Shown: one piece after another, positions 55,380-64,000 of the stretch
How the letters are laid out: the number at the start of each line of letters is the position of its first letter
Numbering within the stretch: position 1 is the stretch's first letter
NCBI RefSeq assembly: GCF_006345805.1
Contig: NW_021836177.1
Location: 13,441 to 77,440, forward strand
Length of the DNA: 64,000 bases
From: Octopus sinensis
Lineage: Eukaryota
Direction of reading: 5' to 3'
Translations under genes and position numbers: made by a program
The notes under the pieces: model-generated
The model's input: only the letters and a program-made list of their open reading frames with translations
The model's database searches: none
Told to the model about the DNA's origin: nothing

Positions 55380-57300
55380 ATTCATTCTCTGAGTTCAGTA
55401 CCTACTTGGGTTGACTTTGCATTTCATTCCTCACGGGTCAGTAAAACAATTACAAGTTACATAACATGTCAAACTAATTGACTTCATACTCTCTCTCTAC
55501 AGATCTATCCACTTGTATTAATCGAAGAATTCATAATTAACATTCATTTTTCAAAACCCTCGTTACCACACTATATTGCTGTCCAACTGAATCATCTCTT
55601 CCAATCATATCAAGTAAAACCTTCAGCTTTTCTGTATATTTTGGTGAGACTTCAGTTGGCTTTTTAGTGAGACTGATTGTTTGGTGTTTTAGAACATGAC
55701 CTTTAAACCAAGTATTGAGAAGACGACCCATCAAGCCAAGTAAAATTGCAGTCGTGGCAGATACTGGTGCCGTGCTGGTGGCATGTAAAAGCACCCATTG
55801 CACTCTGGGAATGGTTGGCATTAAGAAGGGCATCCAGCCGTAGAAACCATGCCAAATCAGACTGGAGTCTGGTGCAGCCTTCCAACTTGCCAGCCTCAGT
55901 CAAACTGTCCAACCATGCCAGCATGGACAGTGGACGAATGTGATGATGAACTGGAGGGGCACATACAGGAGATCTACACTGATCCTAAGTGAGATAATCC
56001 ATTCCCACTCATGACAGTTTGAAATGCCCCAAAAAAACCATGAATCAAATCTCAACTTGGTGGTTTCTAGCAGAAACAATTATATAGCTGAGTGAAGAAG
56101 GCAAAAGCAAAGAGTGCCCCAGGAGGTGATGGTGTATCATAGAAAGTGTACAGGTATTGTACACAATTATGTTATTATAAGCTGTACTTAAAGAGTTGTG
56201 GCATAAAGGTGAAATGGTTGATGACTAGTACAAGGCAGAAAAAAATTACTTACCAAAGAAAGCTGAAACAGAACTGATTGAGCAGTTCAGACCCTTTTCA
56301 ATCTTGAATGTAGATGGCAGATTTATATGGTCCATTGCCAAGAGATCAGCTACACATCTCCAAAATAATGACTATGAGACCGAGAGTGTCCAGGATGCTG
56401 GAATTTCCAGAACCACTGGATGAGTAGAACATGATTTTTCAATCTGCAATGCAATACAAGACACAAAGAAGAATAAAAGGGATTTGAACGTTGTATGACC
56501 TGATCTTGTTGATGCTTATGGTTCTGTACCACACAAATTAGTGATGGAACCAATGAACTTCTTTTATATATGAGAGAAGATTAGAGATCTGGCTAGAAAC
56601 TGCTGTAATAATTTCAAAATGTGGTTCCTGACAGAAAATTTCACAACAGACATCGTTTTGAAACTGTAATTGCTGTAGGTTACACAATATCAGTCATTTG
56701 GTTTGTACTTGTTATGGAGATGTTACTTAGATCAGCAGATTGATCAGAAGAATTGGCTTGAGTGAAATCACCCAAGAAGGAATTTAAAGGATGATATAAC
56801 AATACTAACAAGAGACCAAAAGGGTATGCAAATAGTTCTGGATGGACTGGATTAACTAATTCTTTGGTCAAGAATGGGGTTAAACCAAATAATTAATGCT
56901 GTCATTTGTCAAAAGGTTAGTTGAAGCAAGTGAAGTTCAAAACAGCATACAAAACCATGCAAGGGATTAAAGAGAAACCTCTAAAATCTTTTGGACGATG
57001 GTATGCTACCTCATTGTCCAGTAAGAGTAGAGGTATAGAGGTCATGGCACAAACTGAAGATGGGTTAAAGGCAATAGCTAAGACAACATTTCCTAGCAAA
57101 TAAAAGATTTGATGCTTCCAGTTTGATCTGTATCCCTGCCTTGCTTATAAAATCCTTGAGTATCAGTTTTTATGCAACATTTCAGATTTTTTTACTGCTA
57201 TTATTTATGGATGAACAATTATATATAGTTAATAAGATTTTGTGAGAGCATAAAGTGTTTTTGGATACCTGATATGTTTTTGCTCCCCTCTGTAGAATTA
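54780..57300 (+). mobile_element. HERO/NeSL-like non-LTR retrotransposon remnant in the intron before exon 12
   Basis: AKSAPGGDGV, QFRPFSILNVDG, DLVDAYGSVPHK and TISVIWFVLVMEM peptides with stops. Confidence 0.7.
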
Positions 57301-57669
57301 ATCATTGCCCACCTGGAAAGAAATGTGCTTCATTAAGAAGTCTTCTAACATCTCAAATACATGTGGCACATATATAAGAAACAAAAAATGAAAACTAAAA
57401 GAAAAACAGTGTTATCAAGTGATAATTAAATGAGATAATTGTAACATTGTTAGATTATTTAAGATGTCTTAATAGAGAAAGGAAATTGAGGAAGGTTAGT
57501 CTATTTTGTTGTAGACCTAAGTATTGAGCTATTTACCTGTTGACCAAAAACATAGTGGTCACCCGATGACCAGCGATGATGATAGGTATGTCCCACTATA
57601 TAATAAAATATAGATTATTAATAAAGAATTTTTACTCTCAAGTATAACAGTTGCAAATATTTATTTCAG

Positions 57670-57741
57670 AAACTCCAAAGTTAGAGGAGAAGTGTCTCCA
57701 AGATGTTGCAAAATTGTTAGGAGTCAACTGGCAGCAAGTTG
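57670..57741 (+). CDS. Coding exon 12, N-terminal part of death domain (TPKLEEKCLQDVAKLLGVNWQQV)
   Basis: atttcAG acceptor, GTGAGT donor, 72 nt, phase 1-1. Matches the death-fold pattern L-x2-VA-x2-LG-x2-W. Confidence 0.87.
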
Positions 57742-58699
57742 GTGAGTATAAAATAACAGTACTTAATTGATTTCAATAAGTGTCAGCTTTTGTTTGTCAG
57801 CATGACTAAGAGAAGATCCCATTCCTACTTTCCAATTGAAAGGCTAGCTGTAAAGTGATTCTATTAAAGGTGTTGGTGTTATGTGTAGTTTCGTTCTAGA
57901 TGGGTGATGGACATTGTTATTGTTTTACGTGTTTATTTACTTCACTTGTTACACGAACTGTCAGCATTCGGCGTAGTGATACATATATACTTTAGACACA
58001 GTTCGTACTGTTTACTAACAAAATAGTGCCAAAAGTGGGGATGTATTCTACACACGTATACCTACGTATACACATAGATATGAATGTGTAACAGTTGGTA
58101 TTACTGAAACATCATAAAATAGCCACCGAGATTAGCGGGGTCAGTAAAATGGCTAAATTAGAGGACATAATCGATTTAATATTGTCTTTTGAGAGAGCAA
58201 ATTAAAATATGTCATTTAAGGGTAAACTGGTGAGTTAATGATAATTTTTTTTTTGTTTGTTTTACATTTTTACTAAGTTTACGTTTTGTTGTTTTTTATT
58301 TGCAAAATGCCTGTTTTAATCAGAAATACGATGGAAAGTGTTTCAGGTGGGACATCTCTGTCTTTCAGTTGGTAGTACAGGACTACATCATTAAGTGCAT
58401 CCTTTTTTACATGCTCCTGTGTATAGTGAGTGGCATGTTGCAGTCACTCCACTGTCCAGTGTCCATTTAGTTGTGAACCACTCTTCACTGACATGTAATG
58501 GTTGATTGTACGTAGGTGGATGGTGTTTATGTTGGTGATTCCTGTCTTCTTTCCTGCAAGTTAAAACTCTCCTCTTTGCTTGGTTTAACTTAACACCTCT
58601 CTATTACACTGGGTAACAACGATTTTTGTCCATGGATAACAATTGTTATTTCCAATTTGCTTAACCCTAGAAAATACGAGAATGGCTAGTATCTCCTTC

Positions 58700-59971
58700 A
58701 AACTTTGCTTTCGTCACAATATATACCTTGTAGACCTCACACATTTCAGCTGATGTTGTTTCACAGTGCTTTTACGCTTTTGTCTTGATAAATTCACCAC
58801 AGACACAGCAGAATGTATCTGCCAGATGCTTACAACCTCTTGATGCCATCTGTGATGAATGCAGTTCTTGGATAGCTAGAAATAAACTGAACTGGTGATC
58901 TTATGATCCCTTTTTTTACACTGGTATCTATGTTGCCAGAACGCTCTAGAAATTCTTGGAAAGTTTAGAAATTTCTTGATGATAGTTCTAGAAAATTCTG
59001 CTTCAGTGACTCAGCACTGAATCTGTCTGGAAATAGGTTTCAAAACATTGATGTCCAGGTGACAAAAGCAACAGTTGAAGGGAACAGATGTCCTTTCCTT
59101 TGATTTCTTGATGGAAGTAAATAGGAAATAACATCATCATCATCATTGTCGTCGGCTGTGGTTGAGACAATGGAATTTACTATGCTACGCCAGACTTCAC
59201 GGTCCATCATAGCATACGGAGGTCCTGTTGCTGGATGCCTGTATCCCTGGAAATAACACTTATTCATTCGGTCATTCAACGTTCATTGACACTTGCGTGC
59301 TATTGAAAAGTCAGCAAATTGGGTCAATGGATCGCACACAGAGTGAATGTGTGCTCTTCTCTGTGGTCCTGTCTCATGAATGAACCTCTTTTAAACTGAA
59401 TGTGACTGGTGACGAGAAATGGGTTCTCTATAAATATGTCAAGCAGCGAAGACAGTGGGTAAGGAAAGGAAATATGAAAGGTTTAGTCCTCTTTGAACTT
59501 TAGGCCCCACCAAATGAAAACAAAGAATCTACTGCAAGCAGCTTGAGTGGCTTAAGTCAGCACTAGAAGCAAAGCGACCATCTTCAGTTTCAAGACGAAG
59601 GTGTTCTTCTTCCATCAGGATAATGCTCGGCCACAATCAGCGAGGATGACATTCCAAAGGCTGGAGTAGTTTTGAATCGGACATTCACAGGACATTGCCC
59701 CATCTGATTATCATTTATTCCACAGTCTTCAAACTTATTTGGACGTAATATGTTTACCTGTAGAGGAGGTCAGAACGGTAGTAGAGAAGTATTTTTCGTC
59801 ACGGACAGTCAATTTGGAAGAGGGGCCTTGCAAGTGCACCAGATAGATGGAAGAGCATTGTAGAAAATTAAAGAGAGTATATTTTAGGTTAAAAAGAACT
59901 TTGTTTATCTTAATTTTGAAGAATAAAAGATGTATAAAACAAATGCATTATTATTTATAGGATGACCCAAT
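58700..59971 (+). mobile_element. Decayed mariner transposase remnant with right TIR (similar right end at ~19560-19650)
   Basis: VTGDEKW, HQDNARPH and DIAPSDYHLF motifs. Ends ATTATTTATAGGATGACCCAAT. The 5' boundary is uncertain. Confidence 0.8.
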
Positions 59972-60901
59972 GCTTTGTGTAGTTGAGATCATTCTGGTAT
60001 CTTGTCTCTTTGTATTTGAATTGGCCCAGATATGCCTAATAGTACTGGTATTGTTTGATAGTTCAAACCATATCTTGTAGATATTTCTAACTCTTGATAT
60101 GCCTTAGTTATCAATTATTCAGAAGAGGAGAAGCATCACAGACAACTATTTCAGGCATTGACCATGGAATGTTATAAAATGGCCAAAATGGGATTCCTTT
60201 GAAGGATCTCTGGAGTAAGGATACTAAATAGGATGTATAGTCTAGAGATTTGGGAATATCTCCAGGTTGAGCCAGTTCCTCTCCACATCTCTGGTACTAT
60301 GGACATGTGTTGCAGGAACAAATGACAAGACAGATTCTTCAAGCCAAACCAATGGAGCAGGGGTCCTAGGGGTAGATCACGAACTAAATGGTTGGGTAAT
60401 AGCCATTGTCTTAGCTGTTTATGTTTAGGAACCCAACCAAAAGCTCTAATGACGGCTGCTTCTGATAGGACCCTATGGAGGAGATGCCTGAAGACTCTGT
60501 CTTTACAATCCTCCCAAGAATATTGAGCAGAGACAATGGATGGGTGGATCAAATGGATTGACTGTTGATGGTCTATATTCATTCTTTAGGTTCTCCATAC
60601 ACTTTTGCCTACACAAACACTTCTCCTACCATCTGTTTACCATAAATTTTCGCAAGTGTAATTTTCAATTAATTTTCTTTAAAATCTTCACCATTTTCAT
60701 CCTGTATTTCCACCTCTTCGTTATTATTTAATTAACATTCTAAGAAACAGAGAACAACATCTTTTATTTATTTTTTTATGTTTCTTAACTATTTCTCATT
60801 GACATAATTTATTTGTTACATAATTTATTTGTTACAGTACACATCTTTTATGTAATCGTTAATGATTTTGAAATTATTTCTTATTGTTTTATGTTTTGCA
60901 G

Positions 60902-61107
60902 GCAGGAATTTAGGAATCAAAAATGTTGATCTGGGGATTATCAGGACTGACTATCCTCATAACACTAAAGAGCAGAGCTTCCAGATGCTGCACACATGGT
61001 ACACAAGTTGTGATCCAGAGATGCGAACATTCAAAACACTCAGAAAAGCTCTTGAGGAAGCTGAATGCTTTGAGGCACTTCAATGTCTACCATCAGAAGA
61101 AAAGTGA
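60902..61107 (+). CDS. Terminal coding exon 13, remainder of death domain (GRNLGIKNVDLGIIRTDYPHNTKEQSFQMLHTW...LRKALEEAEC) and stop
   Basis: ttttgcAG acceptor in phase 1, TGA at 61105-61107. Matches the death-domain pattern LG...I...YP...EQ.FQML..W.......L..AL. Confidence 0.9.
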
Positions 61108-61353
61108 ACTTGTGTGTAAATGCTGCAATTGTTTAGTCCAAGGTCAACCTTGACTAAACAGAGACTCATGATCAAATGCCTTCCAGCCAGGACCCTCCTG
61201 ACTTTATCCTTAGTGTAGGGAACCCAACATTACATTGTCCAATGTGATAATTGAATTGAGCAGGATTTGGCTACTAATTCTAGCAAATCTATCAACAACA
61301 TAAGAGATTCCCTTCCTGAATTGGTCCCTTTCTTCTTAGAAATTAACTTTTGA

Positions 61354-61400
61354 AATAAAGATAAACTTTGAAACGTTCATTTGTTGTTGTTGTTGCTGTG
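61354..61400 (+). terminator. Probable polyadenylation signal with downstream GU-rich element
   Basis: AATAAA at 61354-61359, about 250 nt after the stop, followed by TTTGTTGTTGTTGTTG. Confidence 0.5.
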
Positions 61401-62691
61401 TATCTAACCTCCGCCCCATTGTTGTGTAAAAAGTTTTAATATCCTCTCATATATTCATAGTTATCTACCTTCATTTAACCTCACGGTTCCAGGTTCAGTC
61501 CCACTGCGTGACACCTTGGGAAAGTGTCTTCTACTATAGCCTCAGGCCGACCAAAGCCTTGTGAGTGTATTTGGTAGACGGAAACTGAAAGAAGCCTGTT
61601 GTATATATATATGTATATATATGTATGTGTGTGTTTGTGTGTCTGTGTTTGTCCCCCCAACATCACTTGACAACCGATGCTGGTATGTTTACATCCCCGT
61701 TACTTAGCAGTTCGGCAAAAGAGACTGATAGAATAAGTACTAGACTTATAAAGAATAAGTCCTGGGGTCAATTTGCTCGACTAAAAGGTGGTGCTCCAGC
61801 ATGGCCACAGTGTCAAATGACCTTAACAAGTAAAAGAGTATATCATATGTGGAGGCGCAATGGCCCAGTGGTAGGGCAGCGGACTTGCAGTCGTAGGATC
61901 GCTGTTTCGATTCCCAGGCCGGGCATTGTGAGTGTTTATTGAGCGAAAGCACCCAAAGTTCCACGAGGCTCCAACAGGGGGAGGTAGCCATCCCTGCTGT
62001 ACTCTTTTGCCACATCTTTCTTCTGTTGGCCTGCTCGCTTAACCAGCAGGCTGTTGTCATTTGAAGGCTAAAACAATGCGAAGCACATTGTGACCAGTGA
62101 TGTGTAGCAACATCTGATAATCTGGTCGGTCACGGTGCTATATATATATCATATAGAGATACTTTTTCTATGTAATATATGATGTACCTGTGGGCATTTC
62201 ACTTTGACCTGTTGTAGTGTTTTAAGACAAGTCCCCTCTAATGTAGGGGGTGTTTGAATGAAACTCAGGGTTGGTAGTGCAAGTAAGAGTTATCTCTATT
62301 TTATATTCTAGCTAGCTTTAGGATCATTGTTAGTTACTAATTACTACTGCAATTTTTTCTCAGCAGAAAATAAAACTTTATGATTGCATATATAAAAATA
62401 AATCCATAATTTTACACAATTAATTATTGATGTGTAGAATAAATCCTTCCTATTAAGATTGGTATATTTGTGATTTTATCCAAATGTGGTTGTGGAAAAG
62501 ACACAATGACTCTCACTTCCAAATAACGTGTTATTAGATTCGCTCATGATAGGAGAAACAAAACTGGTTGAACTGAAATTAAAGACAAACTATTTCAATT
62601 ACATCAAATTTATTTCAGAAAATGATCAACAGTTACTATGAAATTATTAGTATTCAACACAATTATTTGGTATCAAAGTTTGTAGAAATTA

Positions 62692-63425
62692 TCTCTCTAT
62701 ATAATAAACGGCAAATGTCTCTGTGTGTGTCCTTTATACAATCCACAATTTTTTCAGTTAGAGGGCTCACACTTTCTATGGTAATTTAAAACCGTCCAAG
62801 GGTGGTCGTGCACATCTTTACATTTCCCCAGTCACCACACAAAGCCATTAAAAAATCAACAGAAATGACTTTTTTGTGAATTTTCTACCCCAAAACACAA
62901 TCAAAATGCCCGAAACTTGATACGCCAATTGAATGCCAGTTAGCTGTATGTGATTGGTCGGAGATTTGGACAGTACTCGCGTGTATGTGTTCTCGCACGC
63001 AGCTGTATATGCACTAGAACTATGACCTGGTGTTGCCTGGACATAGTGCTAGTCTTTATATATAAAGTTGAAGTTGTCTGTGTATGGCAGATTTGGTAGC
63101 CTTTAACTAACACCATCTCCTCCGAGACACTGCAGTGCAAATTGACCAAAATTGAGAATATGATTGAAGAAGGCTTGCTCTTCATTCCAAGCAGATAAAA
63201 TTCAAATCGGACCATGTTACACCAAAATTATTTACATCAAAAAAGGTGCTTTTTTTCTATGAAAATCCCTATTTTTTACGATTTCTTGACAGCTGTGTCA
63301 TCATTTTTTCAGTGTATTTCAACCAGAAAAATGTTCACTTAAAGAGAATAACAGTTACATAATGCAAAATATTTACTTTTCAAAAATTCCAATTCTAAAG
63401 GGTCGAAACAAACCCGAGCAATATG
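62692..63425 (+). mobile_element. Two head-to-tail non-autonomous Helitrons (62692-63052 and 63053-~63425, the second 3'-truncated)
   Basis: A|TC start, CTAG at 63049-52 followed directly by TCTTTATATATAAAG. The second ends in AAACCCGAGCAA, the start of the hairpin. Confidence 0.68.
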
Positions 63426-64000
63426 CACAACACCACTATATATAAATTACATATATATGTGTGTGTATATATTTGTATATATACATAAATACATATATGC
63501 ATACATGAAAATTCATGTTTATATATATACAACTATAGACAATCATACATACACAACTAAATCCAAACGTACGTATACACACACTCACATAAACAACTAT
63601 ACTTAACTACAAATAGAACTGTATACATATCTAATATATATATACACATTATACGACGGGCTTCTTTAAGTTTCCGTCTACCAAATCCACTCACAAGGCT
63701 TTGGTGGACCCGAGGCTATAGTAGAAGATACTTGACCAGGTCCCCACGCAGTGGGACTGAACCCGGAACCATGTGGTTGGGTTAGCAGCTACTTACCACA
63801 CAGCCACTCCTACGCCTACATATAGATATATATATATATATACGACGGGCTTCTTTTGCAGTTTTTCCGTCTCCCAATCTATCCCTCACCAAGGTCTATA
63901 ATAGCAGGCACTTGCCCAAAGTGCCACGCAGTGGGACGAACCCGGAACTGTGGTATGGTAAGCAAGCTACTTACCACCAGCCACTTCCTAGGCCTGCGTC

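Larger units (their letters stand above)
33302..61107 (+). other. Multi-exon gene model: ankyrin-repeat (~25) / RING finger / death-domain protein, ~1,050-1,100 aa
   Basis: 13 candidate coding exons with AG/GT boundaries. Splice phases chain consistently from ATG 33302 to TGA 61105-61107 once small indels in exons 4, 6, 8, 10 and 11 are corrected. Confidence 0.88.

Noticed and set aside
33302-61107. Calling the gene MIB2, ANK1 or DAPK
   Set aside because: It lacks the Mib-HERC2/ZZ, ZU5 and kinase/ROC domains that define those genes, so no symbol was assigned.

Overview
Intron-rich, AT-rich animal genomic DNA with dense (TA)n/(CA)n microsatellites. The SINE, RTE and Helitron landscape resembles octopus/cephalopod DNA (inference, not a database result). 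The left half (1-33 kb) is almost entirely transposon debris: RTE LINEs, CR1-like and R4/Dong-like remnants, a Helitron helicase fragment with non-autonomous Helitrons, three tRNA-derived SINE families, MITEs and a 42-bp minisatellite. The right half holds one spliced + strand gene that I assembled by hand from GT-AG exons with mostly matching phases (ATG 33302 to TGA 61107, up to 13 coding exons, about 1,050-1,100 aa). It encodes about 25 ankyrin repeats, a RING finger and a C-terminal death domain. Nineteen of the ankyrin repeats sit in one exon as a DNA-homogenised 102-bp array. The first half of the death domain lies on an exon cassette present in four paralogous versions. Several exons carry small indels, mostly 1-bp homopolymer deletions, but no clear nonsense substitutions, so long-read error is more likely than pseudogenisation. 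Hand-folded hammerhead-ribozyme motifs occur at 46001-46092 (complete, sense strand, intron 5), 43968-44011 and 24155-24255 (both degenerate). One RTE has the geometry of a twin-primed inversion.
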